DNA of 64,000 nt, from NCBI GenBank assembly GCA_000004985.1, contig GG738861.1, one strand, 5' to 3'. This stretch comes from Naegleria gruberi. Its lineage: Eukaryota. This document shows, in pieces, positions 21,376 to 33,600 of the stretch. Numbering within the stretch: the first letter of the stretch is position 1; each line of letters opens with the position of its first letter. The notes under the pieces were generated by a model. It was not told the origin of the DNA and did not search any database. It saw nothing but the letters and a program-made list of their open reading frames with translations. The position numbers and the translations under genes are program-made.

Positions 21376-24300
21376 ATGATGCAAAATAATTTGGGCCAAC
21401 TTTTGGCAGGCTTTAATAAGAAGCCCTCAAATTCAACTAACAACTCCGGATCTTCATCATCATCAACAACAGGAGGATTCACATTTAAAAGAAAGGCTGA
21501 AACATCACCAAATAATTTTACATCCACAACAACAACAAATAATAGGTATAATAGTTCATCAAGAAATGGTGGTGACACATCAGGTTATGGGTCAATTTTA
21601 AATCCAAAGCCATCATCCACCACAATAGAAGAGCCTACAATTAAAAAGAGAAAAATAGAAGAGGAGGATGAAGAATTAATTGTTGAAGATTTAGATTCCG
21701 ATTCAAATAGTAGCAAACCATCGTCGTTTGTGAGAGCCTCTTCATTACTAAAACCTCCAACAACGACAACAAGTACTAACATAGCCCAACAACAAAAATC
21801 TATGGTACGAATTAAAACAAAACAAGAACCTACTAATAACTCGAGCACTGTCACATTCAAGTCAAATCAAAAAAGGCTTTGGAAGGATAAAGATGAAGAG
21901 GATGCAGAAATGGATGAATTGATTTCATTGACAACCACATCCAATGTAAATAATATTGATGAAATTGATATTACATCCGATGATTTAAATTTTGATGAAT
22001 TAGATGAATCTAATAGTAGTACATCAGCATCAAAACCAAAATTGCCAACTTTTAAAAGTACTTCACTACTTCCTCCACGTAATAATAATAATATTGGCTC
22101 ATCTAATGGTTCAAAGAGCTCAAACAAAACTGAAACAAATATGGTGGATGATGATTTTGTTTTTGAAGAAAATTCAAATCATTCAACAACTAGAACTGAA
22201 ACAATGCCAAAAAAGAAATTTGTAATACCTTCAAAACCAGCAGATACAAATACTGCCAAGCCAAAGAGTTTATTACCAACAAATAGCACCAAGTCAACAA
22301 CAAATTTATTCACCTCACCTTCACTTTCAAAAAGCACACCAAAAAGTGCTTCTAGTAGTAGTAGCAGCAGTGATATTTCAAATTTGAAAAACCTTGTAGA
22401 AAGTTATCAACGATTGACTGCTCATTTTAGTGGACTTCTCAGTGATTGTCTTGATTTTGCTGAACATAATGGAAATTCAGATAATGAAACTCTCCAAGAT
22501 TTCAAAGAGCACAGGGAACAATTGGAAGATTTAAAGAAAACACTAGAAAGTCAAGCTTTGGACTTGCAGTCAGAAAATGTAAATAATCATGATATTTCAA
22601 CACCTTATACACCAGTTAATAATTATTCCAATAATAAGAATACTTCAAATAGCACACCTACCCTCACATCCAAATCTTATACAGAAAATAGTAACACAAG
22701 CCTAAAGTCTACACCCATCTTCTCCTCCAATACATTCACAAAAAGCACTCCAAATGTTTCACCTCCAAATGATGATTATTATGATGATTACAACGATTAC
22801 AACAATACACCACTTGGTGGTGATAACAATCTAGTCCAGATAGAAGATTTGGATGATGAAGATGTTGTTTTTACTGGAAGTCAGTCTAATCATTCAAATT
22901 ATCAAACTAGCACAAACAATAATTTTACAAAGAATAATTATAATAGTAACACTGTAAATATTAATGATGACGATGATGGTTATGGTGCTGTAACTTCAAA
23001 TTATGGTTCAAGCAATTATACATCATATAACGATAATTCATATTCTTCTAAAACAAGTAGTAGCAGGGCAATTGCTAGTAGCAGTAGTTCAAGCAATCAT
23101 GATGCTTCATTTTATGCTAAAGAATCTTTTGAATGGAGTAGTGTTTTAAGAAGTACTTTGAAAGATGTTTTTGGTATTCCATCATTTAGAACTCTACAAC
23201 TTGAAGCTATTAATGCAACATTATCGGGAAGAGATGTTTTTATTATTATGCCAACTGGTGGTGGTAAAAGTCTTTGTTATCAATTACCTGCAATTATTGA
23301 TGTAGGATCAAGTGGAGGTGTAACTATTGTCATTTCTCCTTTACTTTCCTTAATTCAAGATCAAGTTATGTCATTAATCAATTTAGATATTCCAGCAGTA
23401 TTTTTGACAAGTGAACAAGATTCAGAAACTACAAAGGATATTTATAGAGAATTAGGATCTAGAAATCCAAGTTTTAGATTACTTTATGTAACACCAGAAA
23501 AAATTTCTAGGAGTGAAACTTTCTTAAATATTTTGAGAAGATTACATGAAAGAGGATTATTTAAGAGAGTAGTTGTTGATGAAGCTCACTGTGTTAGTAA
23601 TTGGGGTCACGATTTTAGACCTGACTATAGAAAACTAGGTATTTTTAAAGATGAATTTCCAGATGTTCCTTTAATTGCACTTACAGCTACTGCTACAGGA
23701 ATTGTTCAAGAAGACATTATTCATCAACTTAAAATTAAGAATTGTGTATCATTGAAAGGTTCCTTCAATAGAACAAACTTGTATTATGAAGTTAGAAAGA
23801 AACAAACATTAGAAAAAACAGCAAAAGAAATTTCAGAATTTATTAATAAGAAATATCCAAATCAATCAGGAATTATTTATTGTTTGAGTAAGAAGGATTG
23901 TGAAAAAATGGCTGAAGAATTGACCACTCTTGGACATGATGTTGGTGTTTATAACTCTGATATTAAAGCAGCAGACAAACAAGAAGTACATGAAAAATGG
24001 AGCAGAGATGAACTTAAGATTATTGTTGCCACTATTGCTTTTGGTATGGGTATCAATAAGCCTGATGTTAGATTTGTTATTCACCACAGTTTACCAAAAT
24101 CTATTGAAGATTATTATCAAGAATCAGGAAGAGCTGGAAGAGATGGACTACCAAGTCATTGTATTCTTTTCTATTCATATGCAGACAAGGCAAGACAACA
24201 AAAGTTCTTAGAAAATGAAAACACCAACAAGAGTGGCTATGAAAATATTAACAAGATTGTATCATATTGTGAAAATGATTGTGAATGTAGAAGAGTTGTA

Positions 24301-25455
24301 CAATTGAGACACTTTGGTGAATCATTTGATCCAAAAGTCTGTTCAAAAATGTGCGATAATTGTTGTGATGAAACACCTGTTGAAAGAAAGGATTTCACAA
24401 AAGAAGCAGCATCCTTTGTTAAGCTTCTTAAGAGTATTGGTGCTTTTAGATGTACTCTGTCACATGTTGTATCAGTTTGGAGAGGTTCTAACACTCAAAA
24501 AATCAAAACTTTACAACATGATAAGCTTAGTGAGCATGGCTCTGGTAAATCAGTTTCTAAACAAGTTTCAGATTTCCTGGGTTCCAAACTTATTAGTGAG
24601 GGATATATTGAAGAAAAAGTACATGTTAATGATCAGTATGGTGGAAGTTATTCACAAATTGCTGCTTCAAAGAAGGCAGATCTTTTAATTACTGGTAAAG
24701 CTAAGTTTGAAATTCTGGCAAGAAGTAAGAATAAGAAGGCACCAAAGACCTCATTAGAAAAACATCTCAAGTCATCAAAATCAAACTCTTCGAAAGACTT
24801 TGAAAATGCTCTCAAGGAAGCTCTTACACAAAAGAGATCAGAATTGGCTACTGCTAGAGGACAAAGACCTTATGCAATTTTATCAACCAAAATTCTACAA
24901 GATCTCAGTGAAAAACAACCACTCGATATGGAATCTATTGCTTCCATTCCAGGTATGGGTAGACATGTTCTCTCTAACTTTGGTCTCATTTTCTTAGAGT
25001 TAATTCGTTCAATGAGACATAAGGCAATAGGAGATTGTGAACCAATGTCAGAAGCTGAAAAGAAAAAGTTTAGAGAAACCTATAGTAGTACTGGTAGTAG
25101 CAATACCTCAAAACTCAATTTTAAAACAAGTTTTACACGTCCTCAAACTGTCCATGATTCAGATGATGATATTGATGTGGAAAATATAGTTCTAGACGAT
25201 GATGAGCCAACAGCACCATCAAAAAAGGCTTCACTAGGTATTACAAAAGAGGAATGGGATGATATTGGTAATCTTGTGGAAGATTTGGATGACGACTTGT
25301 TGACTGAAAATATTTTCAATAGCACCTCTTCTTCTTCTACTACTCCTAGTGGTGGTTCAACCTCTAACTACCAGTCCACAACTACTAACAATAGTAACAA
25401 TGGCAACAGCTCTACTACGACAACTACTCCAAAGTTTAAATTCAAAAAACTTTAA
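21376..25455 (+). CDS. RecQ-family DNA helicase of the BLM/Sgs1 type (helicase core plus RQC zinc and winged-helix regions plus HRDC), 1359 aa
   Basis: The N-terminus is long and rich in N/S/T/D. The motif-I region is '[33 protein letters not shown]', and the DEAH box is '[19 protein letters not shown]'. The RecQ-Ct zinc cluster is 'CENDCECRR...CSKMCDNCC'. The HRDC-like segment is '[22 protein letters not shown]', followed by an acidic C-terminal tail. Confidence 0.9.
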   Translation: MMQNNLGQLLAGFNKKPSNSTNNSGSSSSSTTGGFTFKRKAETSPNNFTSTTTTNNRYNSSSRNGGDTSGYGSILNPKPSSTTIEEPTIKKRKIEEEDEELIVEDLDSDSNSSKPSSFVRASSLLKPPTTTTSTNIAQQQKSMVRIKTKQEPTNNSSTVTFKSNQKRLWKDKDEEDAEMDELISLTTTSNVNNIDEIDITSDDLNFDELDESNSSTSASKPKLPTFKSTSLLPPRNNNNIGSSNGSKSSNKTETNMVDDDFVFEENSNHSTTRTETMPKKKFVIPSKPADTNTAKPKSLLPTNSTKSTTNLFTSPSLSKSTPKSASSSSSSSDISNLKNLVESYQRLTAHFSGLLSDCLDFAEHNGNSDNETLQDFKEHREQLEDLKKTLESQALDLQSENVNNHDISTPYTPVNNYSNNKNTSNSTPTLTSKSYTENSNTSLKSTPIFSSNTFTKSTPNVSPPNDDYYDDYNDYNNTPLGGDNNLVQIEDLDDEDVVFTGSQSNHSNYQTSTNNNFTKNNYNSNTVNINDDDDGYGAVTSNYGSSNYTSYNDNSYSSKTSSSRAIASSSSSSNHDASFYAKESFEWSSVLRSTLKDVFGIPSFRTLQLEAINATLSGRDVFIIMPTGGGKSLCYQLPAIIDVGSSGGVTIVISPLLSLIQDQVMSLINLDIPAVFLTSEQDSETTKDIYRELGSRNPSFRLLYVTPEKISRSETFLNILRRLHERGLFKRVVVDEAHCVSNWGHDFRPDYRKLGIFKDEFPDVPLIALTATATGIVQEDIIHQLKIKNCVSLKGSFNRTNLYYEVRKKQTLEKTAKEISEFINKKYPNQSGIIYCLSKKDCEKMAEELTTLGHDVGVYNSDIKAADKQEVHEKWSRDELKIIVATIAFGMGINKPDVRFVIHHSLPKSIEDYYQESGRAGRDGLPSHCILFYSYADKARQQKFLENENTNKSGYENINKIVSYCENDCECRRVVQLRHFGESFDPKVCSKMCDNCCDETPVERKDFTKEAASFVKLLKSIGAFRCTLSHVVSVWRGSNTQKIKTLQHDKLSEHGSGKSVSKQVSDFLGSKLISEGYIEEKVHVNDQYGGSYSQIAASKKADLLITGKAKFEILARSKNKKAPKTSLEKHLKSSKSNSSKDFENALKEALTQKRSELATARGQRPYAILSTKILQDLSEKQPLDMESIASIPGMGRHVLSNFGLIFLELIRSMRHKAIGDCEPMSEAEKKKFRETYSSTGSSNTSKLNFKTSFTRPQTVHDSDDDIDVENIVLDDDEPTAPSKKASLGITKEEWDDIGNLVEDLDDDLLTENIFNSTSSSSTTPSGGSTSNYQSTTTNNSNNGNSSTTTTTPKFKFKKL

Positions 25456-25495
25456 AATTCTCTCCTTCAAGAAATTGCAAGAATTAATAAAAAAA

Positions 25496-27658
25496 ATGTC
25501 AACACAATTCAAGAGGATACATCTTTCTGGTGATAGTAGTAGTGATGAAGATGATAACTCATCGGATGATGATTCAATAATGTCAGATGATGAACCGGTA
25601 ACCTATGATTCCTCTCAATCATCAACCATATCCTTTAATTTTGAAAACATTAAAATTGAAAATATTAAATCGGAGAAGAAAACAACAGCAGATGTTATTG
25701 AAATGGGATTGGATTCGGAAAATGCAATTGATATTGATGAAGAGGATGACGTCATATTTGTAACATCATCACGAGGTCGTATCAAACAAGAAAATGACTT
25801 GTTCATAACTTCGGAATTGGAACTAAAAAGTGTGAGAGTGAAGAGAGCAGGTATTGAAAAATCGTGTTTTATCAGATTTTACTTTCGGGATTGCAAATAC
25901 TTTAAACATTCAAGGTCTGCTATCAGTTATTTTGTTCCGTGCGACCAGAAATTCCAAATATTCATCTACTCTCAACTATTAAAGAATAATTATTTGGATA
26001 GTGGTAGTAGTAGTAGTAAATCTGAATCTCCGATTATTGATTGGAACAATGAGGCTTTTGAAATTATTCCCATGTTTATGTATCCTAAACGAATGATTCC
26101 CTTATGTCCAAAATGTTTTGAAGAGTACAAGAAGGGTCAATCCACTCTAATGTTTGACCACATTTTGAGCACATATCACGGTGGTGGTGGTGCCTCTACA
26201 TCTTCAGAACAAGTGGAAAACATTGGAGTGAAAGTGGAAGTTAAAAAGGAGAATGCATCGGTAGGGAAGAATTCAAGAGAAGTACAATTGAAACCACCTC
26301 ATGATTTGATTGATAGATTAATTTACAATCGAAGAAGATTACAAAGAATATTGGAACATCATTGGTCAATACCCAAGCCAAGAAATAATGAAAATAGTAC
26401 GAGAGTTATTAGAATGATATCTTATATTGAGAGATTATATCTATATTTTAAACATTTAATAGCTGAGAAGGAATTTAGCAAAGCAGATACTATTGGTAAT
26501 TCTATTTTATTGATTATGGCCACTCATGGTCAATATTTCAGTAAGAAAATATCAGGACATTATCCATTATTATGGATGGAAAGAGAAGAGTTGTTAATTA
26601 CACATACTAAGGTAGCTATGGCAAATGCATTTCTGAAAGGAACGACAGCCATGCTTGAAAAATCTCACATCAACAAGACTGGTGTCAAGGCCTACATGAA
26701 CACTAAGATGTTTTCAGATCAGATTCATCTTACTTCATTATTGCAAGTTTCATTCTTCCTGTTCAGAATGACAAAGAAAGAGAAGGGTTTATTTTTGCTA
26801 AACAAATTTACTTTGAGTTGGGTATTCTCTTCATTTTGTAGAGGTTATTATGATATTTTGGTTACAAGACAAACTGGTGGTTATAATGCTGTTGATTTAT
26901 CTGCTTTGGAGAACCTCTTATTCAGATTACCAGGTTTTATTCATAATCATGACTTTTTGGATTTCTTGTCAGAGTGTGCTTTCAAACAGAACAAAAAACC
27001 TCTTGTGAAGGATTATCACGCTAGATTTTATGAAAATGCTCCAAATGATATTTATGCAAAGGTGAAATACATGAAAATACTAATGTCTCTATGTAAGGAG
27101 GAAAAACATTTAATTGTTTCTCTTGCTTTGGAAATATTACAGGTGGATCCACTCTCGACAATAGCAGAAAAGGTTTTGAATATTTATGCTTTTGAGAATT
27201 CTGTAACGAGCTTAAAAGTCAAGCTAAATGCTGGTCAAGTACTATCTCTGATGAAATCATTGTGGAAGTATATTGAAAGTGATTTTGAATTGGATTCACC
27301 ATGGAGAGTTCTATCTAAAACTATTATTTATGCTACAAAATCACTGACACCAGAAGAAACTGTAGCACTTATTAAGGAATTTCGTGAATTTTCCCAACCA
27401 ACATTTGATTTATTTGAAATTGGGGATGTCTTGTACGCATATCTTTTGAAAAGGATGGAAAATGCATCTCCAAAGGTATCTGAAAAAAAGAAAGATCAAA
27501 ATATTCTATTGGCAATGCATTTAATTTATCATAATAATACTGAAGTTGTTGGAGATTTTTCAAATGAAAAATTAATGGAATCTCTAAAGAATTCGATTTG
27601 GCAAAAAGCCCAAAACTTAATAACAGCAGCCAATGTTATTGTTGAGAGATTAAAGTAA
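25496..27658 (+). CDS. Hypothetical alpha-helical protein (about 720 aa) with an acidic Ser-rich N-terminus
   Basis: The ATG at 25496 is in frame with the track ORF 25349..27658, whose upstream part overlaps the RecQ 3' end and is unlikely to be coding. The ORF is long and clean. I recognise no domain. Confidence 0.45.
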   Translation: MSTQFKRIHLSGDSSSDEDDNSSDDDSIMSDDEPVTYDSSQSSTISFNFENIKIENIKSEKKTTADVIEMGLDSENAIDIDEEDDVIFVTSSRGRIKQENDLFITSELELKSVRVKRAGIEKSCFIRFYFRDCKYFKHSRSAISYFVPCDQKFQIFIYSQLLKNNYLDSGSSSSKSESPIIDWNNEAFEIIPMFMYPKRMIPLCPKCFEEYKKGQSTLMFDHILSTYHGGGGASTSSEQVENIGVKVEVKKENASVGKNSREVQLKPPHDLIDRLIYNRRRLQRILEHHWSIPKPRNNENSTRVIRMISYIERLYLYFKHLIAEKEFSKADTIGNSILLIMATHGQYFSKKISGHYPLLWMEREELLITHTKVAMANAFLKGTTAMLEKSHINKTGVKAYMNTKMFSDQIHLTSLLQVSFFLFRMTKKEKGLFLLNKFTLSWVFSSFCRGYYDILVTRQTGGYNAVDLSALENLLFRLPGFIHNHDFLDFLSECAFKQNKKPLVKDYHARFYENAPNDIYAKVKYMKILMSLCKEEKHLIVSLALEILQVDPLSTIAEKVLNIYAFENSVTSLKVKLNAGQVLSLMKSLWKYIESDFELDSPWRVLSKTIIYATKSLTPEETVALIKEFREFSQPTFDLFEIGDVLYAYLLKRMENASPKVSEKKKDQNILLAMHLIYHNNTEVVGDFSNEKLMESLKNSIWQKAQNLITAANVIVERLK

Positions 27659-27695
27659 TGATAATATAAATTATTTATTTTTCCAAGTTAACTTT

Positions 27696-30600
27696 TTACA
27701 AAAGGGAGGATTGAGGTTGACTATTCGCAACCAAATTATTGCTAGTGCTTGCACTGTTAGCTGTACTAGTGACATTACTATTTACATTATTTAGGAGAGT
27801 TTGCTTTCTTACACCTGCACTCATTGAACGACGACTCTGGAGTGGCATAGCTCCATATTTATCCTTGCCATATGTTGGTAGGACTGTTAAAGGGCGAGAC
27901 AAAGTTGTGGAAATAGAACCAATAGCTTGAGATGCCTTTTTGAATTGTTGTAATTGTTGCTGTGTGACACTGGAATTACTATTGGCCTTAGCTTGTGCTC
28001 TTGCAGCACCACTTGTGGCCGGTCTTTTCTTTGCAGCTGTTTGCTCAATCATGAAAATTCCGTTCATTCCATTTTGTGGAGATTCACTTTCGGTTATTGG
28101 TCTCAAAAGTGTTGAAGGTGAAGCAGTTTTTCTACCAGAACTTGGAGGAGAAGGAGTACCATTTATGCCATCCAACATTAGAGGAGCATTCATTAAAATA
28201 CTGGAAACATCTTCATTTTGGCCACTGGCATATCTTTCTAGAGCATTTTTAAGAATAGCGTTTTCCTTTGTTAATTGTTGGAAATCTTCTGTCAATAAAT
28301 GGTATTTTCCTTGCCAATCAACTTGTCCAGTTGAATCTCTGTAATCTTTTAAGGTTTCTAGTTGCTCCATTATCTTACTTTTAAGACTTTGCTCTTTAAC
28401 AAGTTTCTTTTTAAGAGTTTCTATAGTCTTTTGGTTCTTGAAATCGATGGCATTGGTCTTTTCTTTCATTCTTTCCTTCAATTTTTCATAGTGACCAGCC
28501 TCTCTCTTCTTTTCTTCCAATTCTAGTAAGAGCTTATCTACGTTGGTATGACTCCATCTTTCATACTTCTCAACCTTCTCTTCAAGTTCTTCTAATAATT
28601 GAGCATTTTTAACTTTCCAATTGACAAGTTTTTGTTTGTTCTTGATTTGAAGTTGCAAGTCCTTTCTCAATTGTTCAACTTCCATTTCTGCATTACTGAG
28701 TTGTTGTTGAGTCTTGAGTAACTCTTGTCTGAGCTGATTTTCTCTAAGTCCAACCTCATATTTGCTTGCATAAAATTCTTTGAGGGCTTCATCACGTTTA
28801 AGCTCTGCATCTTTGATCAACTTTTCATATTTTGATCGGAGAGAAACTGTTCTGATTTTGTGTAAGGCTAGGAGTTGAGTGTGTTGTACTTTCAAATCTT
28901 CATTTTCTCTTCTAAGCTTATTCAACTCACTGTCTTCCATTGCCACATCTATAGCTTTCTTCTTGAAAGAGGCGTCACCAAAATCTTTTTGGGTAGCAAT
29001 TTCAAAGAAGGTGTTTTCTCTAACTTCGTAAAACTTTTGATCCAAGTTTTGCAAGAAATCCTTTTTGAATTTAGCTACTTTACCGTTGGTGGAAACAAGT
29101 TCTTTGTAAAGACTTCGTACAAGATCCTCATATTCACCAACAAGCTCTTTCCTTACTTCTGATTTGACTTCTTTGAGTCTGTGATCGAGTTCTTTGTTTT
29201 TCCAGAGAATGTTATTAACCAAAAATACTAGATCATAATTCTTATCATCAACTTCGGCGTCAATTCTTCGCTTGAGAGATTTTCTATCTACATCACGTTT
29301 GTAAAGTAAAAACTTTACTTTTTGCTCAGAAGAAAACAAGTTTCGTTTGAGGTGATCGACTATTTCTGATGTCTTGCTTTCTACAATTTGTACATAATCA
29401 TTTTTCCAGTCTCTAATTTTTTGTCCTACTTCTTCCAATGATTTTTCTAATTCTTTCTCATAAATAGTAATTATTGTTTCACCATTTTTCGAAGTACTTT
29501 TACCTCCTCTGGTGGTCAATGTTTCTAAAAAGTTGTGGAAAATATCTAACTTGCTGTCCAAAGTAGTATCATCGAAATCTTTTTCTTCCATAGCGAATAA
29601 CTCCTTTTTCAAGGCAGAAGTATTCTCTTTCATTGTTTGAATATGTTTGGAGATTAGTAGTTTTGAAATTTCCTGCGATAAAATTTGAACTTGCTTATCT
29701 CTGAGCTCCTTTTCTCTCTTTCTTTTGGCTTTTTGCTGAGTAGCTACATCAAAAATGTCATTTGTTGTCTTTTGCTCTAAGGTAGCAATGAGACCTTTGA
29801 GCTGCTTTTCATAAATCCTCTTGGCTTTTCTAAATACAGTAAAATTGTATAAATCTTCCATCTTTGCTTCATCCATAAGCATCAACTTGGAATTTTCACA
29901 ACTCAATTCTAAGAAAATATCTCTTAGTCTGTACATTAGAACTGATGCTTTCACAAATTCTACTTGAATCTTAATTGCTTGTTCGGGCATACTGTTTGCA
30001 TAGACTTTCTCCTCTGTTAGTAACTCTTCCATACAAAGTGAAACATTCGCATCTTCAGCTGAGAAATAGTTTCTCTCAGAGTCAGGGAAATCCAGAAGGA
30101 AAGACTTTAAACATGAAAGAGGAAGGATATGAGCATTTTGGTAATCGATTCCTTTGTACTTGATTCTTATTTCTTCATCCATGTAGCAAGGAGAAAAGGT
30201 GAAGAATTGAGAGTCTATTATCGCCTCTTCTGTTTTTTCATTACAAAGCTGTAAAAAGTATTTCTCAGGAATAGTGTACGAGTTCATATTTTCTTTCCTT
30301 AACTTGTGTTTTAAATTATCCAATACAAGTAGGTATTTGTGGAATAAGAGATCACATTTAGAACTCAAGTAAATTATAACAGACAAAGGATTTTCAGGTT
30401 GACGTAAATGTTCTAATTCAGAAATTAATGCTTTGCAGAAGTCGCCTAGTGGCTTTGACAATCCATTTCCTTCATTCAAAGTTACATCGTATAGTCTTTG
30501 AGTTGCCTGAATACTCACAGTCCAGAATCGCAAAATCAAATAAATTCTTTGTAAAATTTGAAGTAGATTGGAGAAGTTTTCGATAGAAGGATCTACCTCT

Positions 30601-33600
30601 TCATTGACTTGAATGAATGTTGTTCGCATCACTTGAACATAATGAGGAACATAAGTTATATTTACAACCTCACCATCCTTAGCAAGAACACACTTGTTGG
30701 AGTGATCATCCTTATTCTTTGAAACAACACCATGAGATGCAACTTGCACGTTGTGCTCAGGTCTTCCCAATGAAAATCCACTCTCTTCTGGAATAGTTGA
30801 AACCAGATTTCTGTATTCCTTTACCACTTCAATAACTTCACATTTGAGAATATATGGTTGAATAGCAGCCATCATGGAACTACAAAAACTAGCTGATAAT
30901 CGAAATTTAAGTTCTCTCAAGTATCTTCTAACAGTGTTGGCCCTTTTGCTTTTGATGATACTGTCAGACAATTTTTGATATTCTTTAAGTATTCTTTGTC
31001 TGATTGGAACTTTCATATTATTGAAGGATAGGAACAATTCTTGTAAAACTTCCTTTGTAAAGAATAATGAGGTGTCGTTATTAGTATTCATGGAAGTCAA
31101 AAAGAATTCCTTCTTTTCTTGATTGACAAAGTATTCATCCATTGGTGTTTGATTATACTTTACAGCAGTTTCATAAAGTATCTTTTGGAGTAATTGGTAT
31201 TGATATACGTGGCGAAGTTCAAACAATCCAACTGAAGTAGCCAACCTTTTGATTCCATCAAATGTTGTAAAATTAACTTCAGCCATAGAACTATCAAACT
31301 CAACTATTGCAAGGTTTGTAAGATATTGAGCTCTTATTTCACTGGTATCCATTCTTGATTCATTAAATAGATCCTTATTATCAAAATTGATAGGAGCTAA
31401 TGTTGGATTGGTGACTTGTTGGGTTGAACCAATCATGTTTGATTGAGAAATAAAAACTGAAGATAAAATCTCTGTTTCGTGTAATTCTTTTGAGAGTTGT
31501 TTCCACAGAGTAATCATTTCAATTGTGTTAGAAAAACATTGTAGAGCAGTTGACTCCTTTTCACTCATGTGGTATCCTCCTTCTGTCTCTCTTTGTACAA
31601 CATTTTCCTGATCATCGTTATGCTTACTGGCCCTTTCGTTTTCAATTACACCCTCAAGCATGTAAATTAATTCGTTTGGATCCTCCAATAAGTTTGCATC
31701 GTCAATTTCGTCGGAGAGCTTATTTTTGAGTGCTCTTTGAATCTTTTCCTCCTTAGAAATAAGCTTCCATTCCACTATTAACTGCTGCAAAACAGCTCTC
31801 TTAACAGCATTCAGAGAAAGTACATTTTTAAACTTGAAAGAACCATTAATATTGTTAACTACTTTTTCTAGATGTTCATGTATTCTGCCAATAGTAACAA
31901 TAGAAGGGAAAAAGTCTAAAAATGCTATCTTTGAGGAGCCAGGGAATAGTTCGGTCTGTGCATAATTTTCTGTATTAATATTGTCTGGAAAACCTGACCG
32001 TTCTGAGGTTGGTTCCAGTGCTTCATAAATGAATGAGAGGTAATCTCTCTCATCTTTGATTTGTTCTTTGATAATATCCTTCAGTAAAGAGTGATAAAGC
32101 TCATGACAAATAATTTCAGATGCATAGCTTTCAGAAAAATATTGACTCTCGAGATTCAATTTTGGTGTTTGTCTCATAACTTTCATAATAGCAGTTGCCA
32201 AACGTTCTTGTTCTTTTGGTTCATAACAATGTTCATAGGCTTCCATATAACAATCAATAACCTTTCTCTTTGAATCTTGATACCAAGTCTCGCTTTCTAA
32301 TAAACTTTCAAGAACCATAAATCTGTCAACTTGCAGTTTGGGATGGGTAGCTTGGTTTCTTTCAATAAAGTAAGATCCAATCTTTAGTAACCGTTCCTCC
32401 AGTTCTTCATAATCGCTTAAGGCACTATCATACATTACTTTGAGACCGTTCGCATCTCTAACTACCACATCCCTCTTTAAATGTAGAGAATACTTATCAT
32501 CCCTATATGTTACATCCAATGGAAGAGAGTCTGATATTGTTGCTTTTTCCAGATCGTCGGCTGCAACAAAGAATTTTCTAATAAATGTAGAACTATTCCC
32601 TCCTTGCTTAATAGAATACCCAGTAGAATCAAAGTATAATCTTTTTTCGACAGATCTAAAATAATTGAGCAAATCAAGAAGCTTTCTCTTGAATTCCCTT
32701 ATTCTAATAAATCTCAATAAATACAAAGCTGAAATTTTGTTATATAAAGACTTGTTCTCATTGCTTGACTGTTCTTCCTCTCCACTTTCTGCAGTTTTTC
32801 TTTCTGCTACATATCCTTCATTCAAATAATTTTGCACTTCATCTTCCACTCTTGCTCTCTTAAAATGAGTGTCTGATTGTTCCTTCAGCCTTTTACGAGC
32901 ATATTGTAATTCTGTTGTATGTAAAAATCCACATTCAATTTGTAATTGAGGATCCACCCGAAGATCGTTTGTTAGTAAAATCCTTTGTTTTTGATCTAAA
33001 TAAGAGGATTCAGGGAAAAAGACTTGAGATGATTTAAACTCCTCATCTCTATTCCAGCTAGACTCCTTGAGATATGTGAAAGTGTCTGATGCCAATTCTG
33101 CTTTTTTCTCGTCTATATCCTTATAAGGATAAGGCAATACTTTCAGTTTCGCTGATTGGGCTTTGAAAATAGCATCAAACTTATTTCTTACCAAATATAA
33201 AAACTCTTGACCTGTTTCATCAGCAGGAAGCTTTTTCATTTCAACACATTCTTTCAGCATTTCCAACTGATCCTCAATTTCTGTTTTTACAACTGAAAGG
33301 GCTGGTGCTCTACAATCTGTCTGCATTCCAGGGAGGTCAAATGCTTTTTTAAATAAATTAAACCTTTCAGAATACGGTAACCAATTCATCTTTACGAGAA
33401 ATTGATCTACTTTTCGTCTTGATCTTATATCATACAATTGTTTTCTAATTATCGTCTGTAGGTCAGAAGGTTGAATGATGTTTTTAGAAAGTGATTTCCC
33501 AAGTTGTGCTTGGATGTCCTTTTCCCTTATGGAAGCTGTTTCAAATTCTCGTTGAATTCTTATTGTTCTTGCTTGATACATAGGTTGTGCTCTTTCAATA

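Noticed and set aside
25349-25495. The 5' extension of the 769-aa ORF that overlaps the end of RecQ ('[13 protein letters not shown]...').
   Set aside because: It overlaps the well-supported RecQ C-terminus in another frame and precedes a good ATG with an A-rich Kozak-like context at 25496. I treat it as non-coding read-through of the ORF finder.
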